From: an uncultured delta proteobacterium
Lineage (GTDB): Bacteria; Desulfobacterota; BSN033; UBA1163
Reading direction: 5' to 3'
Length of the DNA stretch: 64,000 nt
NCBI GenBank assembly: GCA_963708295.1
Contig: CAVPSJ010000008.1
Coordinates: forward strand, 160,001-224,000
Shown: in pieces, positions 40,247-51,898 of the stretch
How the letters are laid out: every line of letters starts with the position of its first letter
Numbering within the stretch: position 1 is the first letter of the stretch
Translations under genes and position numbers: made by a program
The notes under the pieces: model-generated
Databases searched by the model: none
What the model was told of the DNA's origin: nothing
The model's input: only the letters and a program-made list of their open reading frames with translations

Positions 40247-41389
40247 ATGGAAAAGAAATATCTGTTTTCCCCGGGACCGACCATGCTTCCGCCGGAGGTG
40301 CTTCTCAAGATGGCAGAGCCCATCATGCACCACCGGGAGCCGGAGTTTGAGAAGATCTTTGCCGAGATCAGGGAAGGGCTGAAATATCTCTTCCAGACGA
40401 AGAACGAGGTGTTGATCTTCACCTCCTCCGGGAACGGGCGCGATGGAAGGGGCGGTTTCCAACCTCCTTTCGAAAGGGGACAAGGCCATCGTTGTCCGTG
40501 GAGGAAAGTTTGGCGAGAGATGGGGAGAGATCTGCAAGGCCTACGGAATTGAGTTTATTCCCATCGATGTGGAATGGGGCAAGGCCGTCGATCCCAAAAA
40601 AATCAAAGAACTTCTGGAATCGGATCCTTCCATCCGGGCCGTCTATACGCAGGCCAGCGAGACCTCGACCGGCGTGAAGCATCCCATCCGGGAGATCGCC
40701 GAGATTGTGAAAAGATACGAAGACAAGGTCGTTGTCGTCGATGCCATCACGGGGATCGGCGTCTTCGACATTCCGATGGATGCATGGGGACTCGATGTGG
40801 TGATCAGCGGATCTCAGAAGGCCCTGATGCTGCCGCCCGGGCTTTCCTTTGCGGCCTTGAGTGATAAGGCATGGAAGTTTGTGGAGAGAGTCGAACCTGC
40901 CGAAGTACTATTTTGACTTCAAAAAGGAGCTCAAGAATACCAAGAAGAACCAGAGTTCCTACACCCCGGCCATCTCTCTCTTTGTCGGTTTGAGGGAGAT
41001 CGCTCCGTATGATTCGGAAAGAGGGACTGGAAGCCGTCTTTCGGCGGCATGAAAAGTTGGCCGAGGCCACCCGTCGGGCCGTGAAGGCCCTGGGCCTTGA
41101 GCTTTATGCACCCGATTCACCGAGCAATGCGCTTACCGCGGTCAAGATTCCCGGAGGGATCGACGGAGAGAAATTGAAGGACCTCTTTTTTGAGAAATTC
41201 GGAATCACCGTGGCCGAAGGACAGGATCGGGCCAAGGGCAAGATCATTCGAATCGCCCATCTGGGATACTATGACCGACTGGACATGATCATGGTCATTT
41301 CAGCCCTGGAGATGCTTCTCAAGGAGATGGGCTACTCCTTTGAGCTGGGAGCGGGAGTCAAGGCGGCTGAAGAGGTTTTGATGAAATAG
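40247..41389 (+). CDS. Class V aminotransferase (serine/alanine-glyoxylate type), split by apparent frameshifts
   Basis: 'PGPT', 'SETSTGV', 'DAIT', 'SGSQKALMLPPG', 'RIAHLG' spread over several frames. Confidence 0.88.
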
Positions 41390-41422
41390 CGGGCATCCGA
41401 GGCGGCTTGAGGGATAGGTGAG

Positions 41423-43032
41423 ATGGAAGAGATAAAGAAAGTATTGATCAGCGATCCCTTGTCGAACAGGGGATTGGAAATCCTGGCGAAGGCGAAGAAC
41501 CTGAAGTACGATATCAAGCCCGGTCTTTCTCCGGAAGAATTGAAGAAGATCATTCCGGAGTACGACGCGATCATCATCCGAAGCGAGACGAAACTGAAGG
41601 GGGATCTCATCGAGGCCGGCGAACCGTTTGAAGGTGATCGGAAGGGCGGGGATCGGCCTGGACAATGTCGATCTTCCTGCGGCGACGAAGAAGGGGATCG
41701 TGGTGATGAATACCCCCCAGGAGAATGCCATTGCCGCGGCCGAGCATACGATTGCCATGATGTTTTCCATTTCGAGGAAGATTCCCCAGGCCACGGCTTC
41801 GATGAAGGCGGGCAAATGGGAAAAGAAAAAGTTCATGGGGGTGGAACTCTATAACAAGACCCTTGGAGTGATCGGGATCGGAGTCATCGGAACGATCGTG
41901 GCCGATCGGGCAAGGGGTCTGAAGATGAAGGTGATTGGCTATGACCCCTACCTTTCGAAGGAGGTGGCGGAGAAGAAAGGGGTCGACCTGGTGTCCCTCG
42001 ATGAGCTGCTTGACCGGTCCGATTTCATCACCGTCCACACTCCGCTGACGGATGAGACCCGGAATCTGATCGATAAGAAGTGCGTTCCGGAAGATGAAGA
42101 ACGGGGTCATCCTGATCAATTGTGCCCGGGGAGGAATCATCAACGAAAAGGATCTCTATGATGCCATTCAAGGAGGGAAAGGTGGCTGGAGCAGCCCTGG
42201 ATGTTTTTGAAAAGGAGCCCGCCGTCGGAAATCCTCTCTTCGAACTGGAGGAGGTGATCCGTACGCCCCATCTCGGAGCGTCCACAGGAGAGGCCCAGGA
42301 GAATGTCTCCGATTGCCATTGCCCAGCAGGTGGTCGATTTTCTTCCTGTCGGGAGAGGCTCGCAATGCCGTCAACATTCCCGTGGTCAGCCCGGATATCC
42401 TTCCCTTCTTGAGACCCTATCTCCGGCTGGGAGAAAAACTGGGAAGCTTTCTGGGCCAGATTTCCAACTATGCCATCGAAGAGGTGCTGATCGAGTACCA
42501 GGGCGAGGTCGTCGAGTACGGGACCAAACCGATTACGACTTCGGTCTTAAAAGGTCTCCTCACGCCCTTTGTGGGCGAGACGGTCAACTTCGTCAATGCC
42601 CCGGTCATGGCCAAGGAGAGGGGAATCAAGATCACGGAGTCCACCAGCGCGGCAGGCGGAGGATTTTGCGAGCCTGATTGCCATTACCGACCCGGTCGAA
42701 GATGGAGCAGAATTATATTGCAGGGACCCTCTTTGGAAGGAAAGAATTGCGGATCGTCAAGCTGAACGATTTCTTCATCGAAGCCATTCCGGAGGGACAT
42801 ATTCTGCTCATCCACTAATTATGACAAACCCGGAGTGATCGGGAATATCGGGAACGCCCTGGGAAGCCAAAACATCAATATCGCCACCATGCAGTTCGGC
42901 CGCGATCGAATGGGTGGCAATGCCATCTCACTGCTCCATCTGGATGCTCCCTTGCCTCCGGGAATGGTGGGCGAGATTTTGAGGTTGCCCAATATCATTT
43001 CGGTTCGTCAGATTCGCTTTAGAAGCTGTTGA
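41423..43032 (+). CDS. serA: D-3-phosphoglycerate dehydrogenase, multiple apparent frameshifts
   Basis: '[10 protein letters not shown]', 'AAEHTIAM', 'GIGVIG', 'ALDVFEKEP', 'TPHLGAST', C-terminal ACT domain. Confidence 0.92.
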
Positions 43033-43122
43033 GACGTGCCCCTCCTTGGCCGATTCGCTTTCAGGGCCGGCAGGTTAGGGAGGGACTACTCGGGCGGAAG
43101 AAGTGACTTCAGGGTAAGGTGA

Positions 43123-44415
<1,293 letters not shown>

Positions 44416-44419
<4 letters not shown>

Positions 44420-44573
44420 GCTGCTGAAAAACGCTCATCTGCTTCGTTTCCATCATCCTTCGTCATTGCGGCGTACGTCAAAGTACGTCTCATGCCTCAG
44501 GATTTCGGGAGCCTTGCATCTGGGCATTTTTGAGCATCCTGCGAAAAATCATTTTTTCAGCAGACCTGCTTAG
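44416..44573. mobile_element. MITE-like element, second copy
   Basis: CTAGGCTGCTGAAAAACGCTCATCTGC...GCATTTTTGAGCATCCTG...TTTTTCAGCAG. Confidence 0.6.
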
Positions 44574-44620
44574 ATTTTGCTTGACAATTTAACAGGTTTT
44601 TCTTTAACCTTGAATAATAG

Positions 44621-44696
44621 GGGCCGTTAACTCAGGAGGTAGAGTATCTGCCTTTTAAGCAGAGAGTCGTGGGTTCGAGTCCCGCACGGCCCACCA
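44621..44696 (+). tRNA. tRNA-Lys (TTT)
   Basis: GGGCCGTTAACTCAG...CTTTTAA...GTTCGAGTCC...GGCCCACCA; TTGACA at 44581. Confidence 0.97.
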
Positions 44697-44707
44697 ACTC
44701 AAAGAAC

Positions 44708-44815
44708 ATGGAATGATGGAATAATGGAATAATGGAGTGTTGGTTTAATCAACTCGAATTTTAATCGGGTTTTTCGGACGCATTATTCCATTATTCCAAT
44801 ACTCCATTTCCCCAT
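44708..44815. repeat. 8-mer-armed palindrome between the two tRNAs
   Basis: (ATGGAATA)n ... (CATTATTC)n inverted arms. Confidence 0.75.
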
Positions 44816-44826
44816 TTTATTTTAGG

Positions 44827-44902
44827 GTCCCCATCGTCTAGAGGCCAAGGACACCGGCCTTTCACGTCGGCAACAGGGGTTCGAATCCCCTTGGGGACGC
44901 CA
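44827..44902 (+). tRNA. tRNA-Glu (TTC)
   Basis: GTCCCCATCGTCTAGAGG...CTTTCAC...GTTCGAATCC...GGGGACGCCA. Confidence 0.97.
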
Positions 44903-44914
44903 AATAAACGGAGA

Positions 44915-44943
44915 AGGCCCTGATTAGCTCGGGGCTTTTTTTT
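44915..44943 (+). terminator. Intrinsic terminator of the tRNA operon
   Basis: GGCCCTGA-TTAGC-TCGGGGCT followed by a T-tract. Confidence 0.7.
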
Positions 44944-45334
44944 CGGCCCGGGATGAGTGTTCGAGTACAATCGGGACTTCTGAAAGAGATTCATCCGCAG
45001 GATTCTGCTTGATCTTTTTGTCCATTTTTGTACCAAGTTGTTCCATTTCTTCCTATTTGCATCGTCTTTCCATATCGATCGTCTTTTTGTTCTGATCAGC
45101 CATTTGGGCAGCAAGAACCAAGCTCTCCAATCGAAGCTAAGATCCCCGAGCCGCCTATTGAAATCATTAGCATTTTCGGAAAGGGTTCACCATGTCCCTG
45201 TTTTGGATTTGGTTGCTCAACGCACACGAGTTGACCCAAGAAAGACGACTACTTAAGACATGATATCTATTTGGTATTTTTCTTGCAGTTCTAAAGACAT
45301 TTTTCAGCCAAAATTTTACTAAAGGAGGACGACT

Positions 45335-45910
45335 ATGGTCAGGAAAGGGTTGAGCATCGTGATTGTCAGTCTCTGCCTCGGGATCATCCTATCCGGATGC
45401 TCGCAGAAAGCGGTAGTAAAAGAAGAAGCGTCGGCCAAGAGCGCTGAAGAGCTGCGGGCAGAAAAAGACGTGAAAGAGGCGGAAAGGATCAGAGAGGAGC
45501 AGTTGAAAAAAGATTTCGAAAAGAGTCTTGTCGCCAAACAGACTCCCGGAATTGAAGGTGTGATCCATGAAAGTAGCATGCTCAAGGATATACGCTTTGA
45601 TTTTGATAAATACAGCGTCCGGTCCACGGAGGCAGAGATTTTAAAGGAAAACTCTGCTTTGCTGAAGAAATATCCCGGGATGAAATTCCAAGTTGAAGGG
45701 CATTGTGATGAGAGAGGAACGGGCGAATATAACCTTGCCCTTGGAGAGAGGAGAGCCAACAGTGTAAAGAAATATCTGATCTCCCTTGGCATTGAACCCG
45801 GCCGTATCTCAACCATTAGTTACGGGGAAGAGAGGCCTTTTAGTCCAGAGCATAATGAAGAAGCCTGGGAAAAGAATCGAAGAGCCCACTTCGTCATATT
45901 AAAGAAGTAA
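45335..45910 (+). CDS. pal: Peptidoglycan-associated lipoprotein
   Basis: Lipobox 'LSGC'; 'EGHCDERGTGEYNLALGERRA', 'SYGEERP', 'NRRA'. Confidence 0.95.
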   Translation: MVRKGLSIVIVSLCLGIILSGCSQKAVVKEEASAKSAEELRAEKDVKEAERIREEQLKKDFEKSLVAKQTPGIEGVIHESSMLKDIRFDFDKYSVRSTEAEILKENSALLKKYPGMKFQVEGHCDERGTGEYNLALGERRANSVKKYLISLGIEPGRISTISYGEERPFSPEHNEEAWEKNRRAHFVILKK

Positions 45911-46121
45911 TCGGGTTTGCTCTTCACCCAGACATCTTAGTAATGAATTAGTAATGAAGCGATAGGGGGGAAGACTTCTCTGTCCTCGTCTCTTGGCAAT
46001 TACAAAGCCGGAAAGTCCAGGCCGATGCATCAGAAAGTTGACCGTCTTTAGTGCGGATTTCAGAACTCGGATTGCGCCTGCCCATGGCAGGCAGGCGCAA
46101 TAAAACCGGCAAGGAGGGGCC

Positions 46122-47096
46122 TTATTTGGCTAATCCAAGTCTCGCGGCCAGAGCACGTATCGTTTCGTAATCGTTTGCGATAATCTTCCTAAGTTCGGCC
46201 GGAGATTTGTAGTCAACGATATATCCTCTATTCTCAATCTTGGTTTTTAACGCCGGGTTATTAATCGATTTCTCGACGGCGGGGATGAGGACTTTCTTGA
46301 CCTCCTCGGGAATTCCCGCGGGGGCTGTCAGGGAAAACCAGGAAGAGAACATGTCTTCCTTGTAACCCAACTCCTTCATCGTCGGAACATTTGGAAGCAG
46401 GGAGAATTTCCTGGATAACACAAGGACCCTCAGTTTCCCGGCCTCCACATGGGGCATAAACTTGCCGATGGCATCCGCCGAGGCTTCCACATGGCCTCCC
46501 AGCAGGGCGGCGGTGACAGCCTCCCCCCCTTTGAAAGGAATGTGGTTCAGCTGAATTCCGGCCAGGGATTGGATCAACTCCACATTTAAGTGGGACATTC
46601 CTCCCACGCCGATGGTACTCACCCTGATTTTTCCTGGATTCTTCTTGGCGTAGTCGACCAGTTCCGCAAAGGTGTTCCAGGGAGAGCTAGCCTGGACGGC
46701 CAGGGCCAGCGGAAAATAGACGTGCAGTCCCAGGTGATCAAAATCTTTGAGGGAGTCGTAGTGGACGTTATCGGGGTTCATGACCCGGGCAGCGACCAGG
46801 GCGGCCGAGCCTGTATAGCCGATGGTGTAACCGTCCTTCTTGCTTTTTGCAATTGCATCCGTGCCCAGGGTATCGGCTGCTCCGGGCTTGTTTACCGCCA
46901 CAATCTGTGTCCCGAGGATTTTCCCCAGCTCCTCAATGAGTATCCTTGCGTTGACATCCCCGCCGCCCCCCGCAGGAATGGGGATAATGAACTGAATAGG
47001 ACGATTGGGATAGGGTTGTGCCTGGGCAGTCGAAGTCCCCATGCTCAATCCGCATACGACCATCAACAAACCGACGACCACAAGAATCCTTTTCAT
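46122..47096 (-). CDS. Tripartite tricarboxylate transporter substrate-binding protein (TctC/Bug)
   Basis: 'YPNRPIQFIIP...GGGGD', 'NKPGA', 'HIPFKGGEAVTAALLGGHV'. Confidence 0.93.
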   Translation of the reverse strand: MKRILVVVGLLMVVCGLSMGTSTAQAQPYPNRPIQFIIPIPAGGGGDVNARILIEELGKILGTQIVAVNKPGAADTLGTDAIAKSKKDGYTIGYTGSAALVAARVMNPDNVHYDSLKDFDHLGLHVYFPLALAVQASSPWNTFAELVDYAKKNPGKIRVSTIGVGGMSHLNVELIQSLAGIQLNHIPFKGGEAVTAALLGGHVEASADAIGKFMPHVEAGKLRVLVLSRKFSLLPNVPTMKELGYKEDMFSSWFSLTAPAGIPEEVKKVLIPAVEKSINNPALKTKIENRGYIVDYKSPAELRKIIANDYETIRALAARLGLAK

Positions 47097-47511
47097 TTTT
47101 GCCTCCTTTGCAAAGGATATGATATTTCCCGGTGAAGTCCATCGAACGGAAACCCTTGATTGCAGTTTCTGTTTCCCGTTCCAACTCATTCCTCCGTTTG
47201 CGGCGGAGCCTTTGGTAACGATTTCTTCTTGCCGGTGAGATTATACCCAATAGAGATTTAAAGTCAACCCTTCAACTGGTCTGTAAAGCGGAGTACGCGA
47301 GCGCATGATAGGGAAGGAGGGAAGGAAGAGAAGATGATGGAGATGACTGTCACCCGGAAGCAATGATGAGGGAGCCGTCTCGTGTACGGCAGCTCTGTCA
47401 CCTCTAGGGAGGATGGCGGCCTCTATCCTTTTTTTCTTTCTTTACTCCAATATGTTTTTATGTTATTGAAACGTAATCAAAATTGTCTTTATGGTGAATT
47501 GACCCTAATTT

Positions 47512-48237
47512 ATGGGGATATCCTTCCGGACAAGATGGAAATGGCTCTTGCTTCTATTTATTTTGGCAGGGGCCGTTTTTCTTATCACCTATCTCTATCA
47601 TTCCCAGCTATGGACCCAGGTTAGTAAGCTTCATCATCTCTACCAGGACCCCCACCAACTGAAGAAAGTCATCTCCTCTTTCGGACCTTATGCTCCTTTA
47701 GCCTATATCCTGCTCCAAATTACACAGGTCGTCATTGCCCCCATCCCAGGGGGAGCGGTCGAATTCTTAGGGGGCTACCTGTTCGGGGTAAAAGCCGGGC
47801 TTGTCTATTCTATGATCGGTTTGACTTTGGGCTCCTCCCTTGCCTTCAGTCTGGCCAGAATTTTTGAAAAGATAGCTGTCGAAAAGTTTGTTTCAGCCGA
47901 AACAAGAAAGAAATTTGATTATTTAGTGGAGCACGAAGGAGTCATTCTCAGTTTTGTTCTTTTTTTGCTGCCCGGTTTTCCAAAGGACGCACTCTGTTAC
48001 ATCTTGGGCCTGACTCCCATGCATTTTGGAATTTTTCTCATCATTTCCACCCTCGGAAGGATACCGGGAACACTCATAGCCATTCTTCAGGGGGCGAAGG
48101 CTTTCGAGCATGAATATTACACTTTTGGGATGCTTTTGGGGGGGTCTGCTTTGATCATCCTGATCTTTTATATCTACCATGAGGAGATTCACAATTTCAT
48201 AAGAAAAATAAAGGAAGGGAAGAGAGAAGAGCTTTAG
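47512..48237 (+). CDS. TVP38/TMEM64 (DedA-superfamily) membrane protein
   Basis: 'QVVIAPIPG', 'GGYLFG', 'FLLPGFPKDALCYILGL', 'GRIPG'. Confidence 0.9.
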   Translation: MGISFRTRWKWLLLLFILAGAVFLITYLYHSQLWTQVSKLHHLYQDPHQLKKVISSFGPYAPLAYILLQITQVVIAPIPGGAVEFLGGYLFGVKAGLVYSMIGLTLGSSLAFSLARIFEKIAVEKFVSAETRKKFDYLVEHEGVILSFVLFLLPGFPKDALCYILGLTPMHFGIFLIISTLGRIPGTLIAILQGAKAFEHEYYTFGMLLGGSALIILIFYIYHEEIHNFIRKIKEGKREEL

Positions 48238-48244
48238 GGGGTAA

Positions 48245-48643
48245 ATGGGACCGATCAAGAAAGAAGATAAGCGGGGAAAATGGTCCTCTGATCTTGTCTT
48301 AGATCTGTATTCGGATCTTTTGGAAGAGATCTGGGAGTTGGTGTCGGCCTTGATCGGTGAAGCCACTCTGGCCTTCCTCGTCACCCTGGCTGTTCGAAAA
48401 GTAGGAGAGAAATATCCCTTCTTGAACTCTCTCTCGGTCTCCGAGGACGGGATCTCCCTGGATGAGATGAGAGAGGAATGCCGCATCGTTTCTCCGATAG
48501 ATATCCATCGGTGTTTTCAAAGTTTGATTAATCAACTCTCGCATCTGTTCTCCGTTCTGGCGGAAGGGGTGATCAATAAGGAATTGTTCCCGAAAGTTTT
48601 TCCAAAGGTGAAAGAGGCCGAACGGATCATTTCTCCAAAGTAG
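48245..48643 (+). CDS. Hypothetical helical protein
   Basis: 132-aa ORF tightly spaced in an operon with the GGDEF gene. Confidence 0.7.
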   Translation: MGPIKKEDKRGKWSSDLVLDLYSDLLEEIWELVSALIGEATLAFLVTLAVRKVGEKYPFLNSLSVSEDGISLDEMREECRIVSPIDIHRCFQSLINQLSHLFSVLAEGVINKELFPKVFPKVKEAERIISPK

Positions 48644-48658
48644 GGGGGGTAAACGCGG

Positions 48659-49699
48659 ATGAGGTTGATTTTCAAGAATCTGAACGTCCTTCGGTCCACG
48701 ATCAATGCGATTAGCACGAGTGTTGAAATCAAAGAGATCGTCGAGTCCGCGGGAAACAACCTTCCCAACCTCTTTGACTTTTCCTCCTTCGGGGTGTTCT
48801 GGAAAGAGGACCTCCTCCTCTTCCTCTATGAAGAAGAATCTTGTCCTTCTGCCTTCACCCAGGAGGTGGTGAATAACATGCTCAAAGTTTTTTCAACCCT
48901 GGGAGGGGAGTCCGTCCATGCCGGCCAAATTGTCCTTCAAACGGAAAAAAGGAAACTGAGGCCCAGGCAGATGATCATGGATTCAAACGCCGCCTTGAAG
49001 TCCTATCTCACGTTGCCCCTTGCCATGGAAGGGGAGATCTTAGGATGCATTTCTCTTAACAGTGACCAGCCGAACGCCTTTGACGCTCAAGATTTACAAT
49101 TTTTCTCCGTCATCGGATACCAAATGGCAGCCACCTTGAGACATTTTCAGAGATTCAGCTCGGTCAAGAACATGGCTATTTATGACACCCTGACCGGTCT
49201 TCATAACCGGAGATATTTTGAGGAGAGGTTCGAGGTCGAAGCACAAAAATGTCTTAGCAGTAACACCCCTCTTTCTTTGGTGATGGTGGATATCGACTTT
49301 TTTAAGAAAGTGAATGACACTTTCGGGCATACCGAGGGGGATCAGGTCCTCTGCAGAATCGCTTCTCTCTTAAAGACGTCGGTTCGGAAGAAAGATATTG
49401 TCGCCCGTTATGGCGGGGAGGAGTTTATCCTGATATTGCCCGAGGCCAGGTTGGACGAGACTTTTGTGATGGCCGAACGCATTCGGCGGCTGGTTGAGGA
49501 AACCCTCTTCGAAGTGGGGAAGGCTCGGATCAATTTGACTCTGAGCCTGGGGATCTCCAATTTCCCTAGTCATCGGGTGAAGTCGAAAGAAGAGTTAATG
49601 GAGATGGCAGATCGGGCGCTCTATGATGCGAAAAGGGGGGGGCGTAACAGAGTTTGTATTTTTACAGGAAAGTTCGGCCGGAAAACCTCCCCCGCCTAG
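48659..49699 (+). CDS. GAF-GGDEF diguanylate cyclase
   Basis: GAF domain; 'DTLTGLHNRR', 'DIDFFKKVND', I-site 'RKKD', 'RYGGEEF'. Confidence 0.93.
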   Translation: MRLIFKNLNVLRSTINAISTSVEIKEIVESAGNNLPNLFDFSSFGVFWKEDLLLFLYEEESCPSAFTQEVVNNMLKVFSTLGGESVHAGQIVLQTEKRKLRPRQMIMDSNAALKSYLTLPLAMEGEILGCISLNSDQPNAFDAQDLQFFSVIGYQMAATLRHFQRFSSVKNMAIYDTLTGLHNRRYFEERFEVEAQKCLSSNTPLSLVMVDIDFFKKVNDTFGHTEGDQVLCRIASLLKTSVRKKDIVARYGGEEFILILPEARLDETFVMAERIRRLVEETLFEVGKARINLTLSLGISNFPSHRVKSKEELMEMADRALYDAKRGGRNRVCIFTGKFGRKTSPA

Positions 49700-49933
49700 C
49701 AGCACTGTGATCCAAGCCCATTGCAGTGTAAAGACAGAGGTTCTGACTCAGAACAGGGTTTGTTGTCTGGCGGTCTTCTTCCGGCTCTGCTCAGGGGCTT
49801 GAATCCTTCGACAGACTCAGGGCTTTGAGTTTGTCGAAAGGCGGTCGAAGGCTCGCCGCCAAAGGTTATTCCTCTGCGCTCTCGGAGACCCTGAGGTGGA
49901 TTTATCTTTTAGACAGGAATGACTTAAAAGGGC

Positions 49934-49969
49934 AAAAAAAAAGCACACCCGAAGGTGTGCTTTTTTTTT
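49934..49969. terminator. Bidirectional intrinsic terminator
   Basis: A-tract-GCACACC-CGAA-GGTGTGC-T-tract. Confidence 0.85.
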
Positions 49970-50354
49970 ACTTTGCTTTGGGCGAAGCCTTTGGGGCGGC
50001 CGCTTTGATGGATGCAGCGATCAGCTTGTCCCCGTCCTTCTTGTACTCGACGGCGACATTCATTCCCGCCTTCAGATCCTCAAATTTGAGAGCCTCCTTG
50101 CCCTTGGTAATCTTTGTATCAGCGGTGACCACAAAGCTTTTCTCCACCTTCCCCTTGGCAACGGCGATGCTTTTTGCCATTGCGTCCACGTTCTTAACTT
50201 CACCGTTGAACTTTTCTATTTTAGCGGGCGCGGTGGTAGCTGCGGCTGCCGGTGCAGGAGCAGGCGTTTCCGCTTTTGGAGGAGCTGCTGCAATAGCCCC
50301 GGACACAAAAGCTACCAAACTAATCACAACCACGAACAGAATCGTCTTTTTCAT
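49968..50354 (-). CDS. Small exported protein with an Ala/Pro linker and a probable OB-fold-like domain
   Basis: GGGAGGTG RBS; signal peptide; 'FNGEVKNVD...TKITKG...DLKAGMNVAVEY'. Confidence 0.8.
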   Translation of the reverse strand: MKKTILFVVVISLVAFVSGAIAAAPPKAETPAPAPAAAATTAPAKIEKFNGEVKNVDAMAKSIAVAKGKVEKSFVVTADTKITKGKEALKFEDLKAGMNVAVEYKKDGDKLIAASIKAAAPKASPKAK

Positions 50355-50393
50355 TCAATTCACCTCCCTTCTTGTTGAGTTGGTAATGATAAG

Positions 50394-50409
50394 AGCAAAA
50401 GAAGTGCCA
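50394..50409 (-). promoter_or_regulatory. Sigma54 (-24/-12) promoter
   Basis: Minus strand TGGCACTTCTTTTGCT, exact GG-N10-GC. Confidence 0.8.
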
Positions 50410-50490
50410 AGGAGAGCTATCGGATGGAAATTTCTATCTTCTTGAAATAATTCGATAAAATATTTTTGAGGGGAATTTCGAGGGGAAAAA

Positions 50491-50540
50491 GTGTTACAAA
50501 ACTCAACACCATTCCGGAGGGTGTTGCAAGAATCTACAGC
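50491..50540. promoter_or_regulatory. Tandem palindromic enhancer (UAS) sites
   Basis: TGTTACAAAACTCAACA and TGTTGCAAGAATCTACA about 80-130 bp upstream of the sigma54 promoter. Confidence 0.6.
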
Positions 50541-51898
50541 CCTTCCTTCTCCAGCATCCTGTAAAGAGTCACACGATCAATCCCCAGAATTTCGGACGCC
50601 TTCTTTTTATTTCCTCCGGTCTCCTGAAGCACCTTTAGCACATATCTTTTTTCCAACTCTCTTAAGGAGAGTGGTTTTTCAGGGATGAGGACCTCCGGAC
50701 CTCCCGTCTCTTCAAATATTTTTCTCGGAAGGTCTTCCGGAAGGATCATCGGATGAATTGAGAAAATAACTGCTCTTTCGATGGTATGCTCCAGCTCGCG
50801 GACATTCCCCGGCCAGGAATATCGAATAAGGATTTCAAGAGCTTCCGGCGATAAGTGGGATATGTTCTTATGGTTTTCTTCAGAGTATTTCTGCAGAAAA
50901 TGGTTTGCCAGAAACGGAATATCTTCTTTCCTGTCTCTCAAGGGAGGAAGGGTGATCGCTACCACATTGAGTCGGTCAAAGAGATCCTCCCTGAATTTCC
51001 CGCTTTTGATGAGAGGCTCCAGGGGCTGATTGGTCGCCGCGATGATTCGGACATCCACTTTAATGCTTTCCGTCCCCCCCACCCTTTTGATCTCGTGTTC
51101 CTGCAGAAACCTCAAGAGCTTGGATTGCATGGAAAGGTTGAGATTACCCACCTCATCCAGGAAAAGCGTTCCACCCTCTGCCTCTTCAAAGAGCCCTCTT
51201 TTGGCAGAAGAGGCCCCCGTAAAAGCTCCCCGGACATGGCCGAACAACTCGCTTTCGATCAGCGTTTCAACCAGCGAAGCGCAATCGACGGGAATAAACG
51301 TTCGGTTGTTTCTTTGGCTGTTGTAATGAATTGAGCGAGCGATCAGTTCTTTCCCTGTGCCTCTCTCTCCGCAGAGTAGCACTGTGGATTTTGTATCCGC
51401 CACCTTGGCGATGATCTTGTAGACTTGAAACATCTGAGGAGTCCGTCCGATGACATTCTTAAATTGGTACTTGTCCAGAAGTTCCTGGCGATAATGTCTG
51501 TTTTCCTGGACGAGCCTTCTCTGCTCCAAAGCTCGACGGATGGTCAGTTTGATCTCATCCAGCTTGAAGGGTTTGCTGATGTAGTCGTAGGCGCCCTCAC
51601 GGATGGCCTCAATGGCGGTCTCGATGGATCCGAAGGCGGTGATCATAATCACCGTGGAGTCCGGAGCGTTCCTTTTGAAAAATCGAAGCACCTCCACCCC
51701 GTCTTTCTCCCCCATCCGCACATCGGTGATGATGACGTCGAAAAAGTGATCCGTTCCCTGAGCAATCGCTTCTTCGCCGCTCAGGGCGGTCGAGACTTCA
51801 TAGCCTTCTTTGGAAAGCACCTCTTTTAACAGGTCGATGGTGACGGAATCATCATCGACGACCAAGAGGTGCGCGCGTGCTCTGTCCATCGGTTTCAT
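50534..51898 (-). CDS. Sigma54-dependent response regulator (NtrC/AtoC family)
   Basis: REC domain, 'GERGTGKE', 'ESELFGHVRGAFTGA', Fis-type HTH. Confidence 0.95.
   Translation of the reverse strand: MKPMDRARAHLLVVDDDSVTIDLLKEVLSKEGYEVSTALSGEEAIAQGTDHFFDVIITDVRMGEKDGVEVLRFFKRNAPDSTVIMITAFGSIETAIEAIREGAYDYISKPFKLDEIKLTIRRALEQRRLVQENRHYRQELLDKYQFKNVIGRTPQMFQVYKIIAKVADTKSTVLLCGERGTGKELIARSIHYNSQRNNRTFIPVDCASLVETLIESELFGHVRGAFTGASSAKRGLFEEAEGGTLFLDEVGNLNLSMQSKLLRFLQEHEIKRVGGTESIKVDVRIIAATNQPLEPLIKSGKFREDLFDRLNVVAITLPPLRDRKEDIPFLANHFLQKYSEENHKNISHLSPEALEILIRYSWPGNVRELEHTIERAVIFSIHPMILPEDLPRKIFEETGGPEVLIPEKPLSLRELEKRYVLKVLQETGGNKKKASEILGIDRVTLYRMLEKEGL

Noticed and set aside
44945-45260. Integrative-element scar after tRNA-Glu
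   Set aside because: No duplicated tRNA 3' end and no integrase fragment could be identified.
47330-47430. Fluoride riboswitch-like GGAGATG...TGATGA motif
   Set aside because: Spacing and pseudoknot pairing do not fit convincingly.
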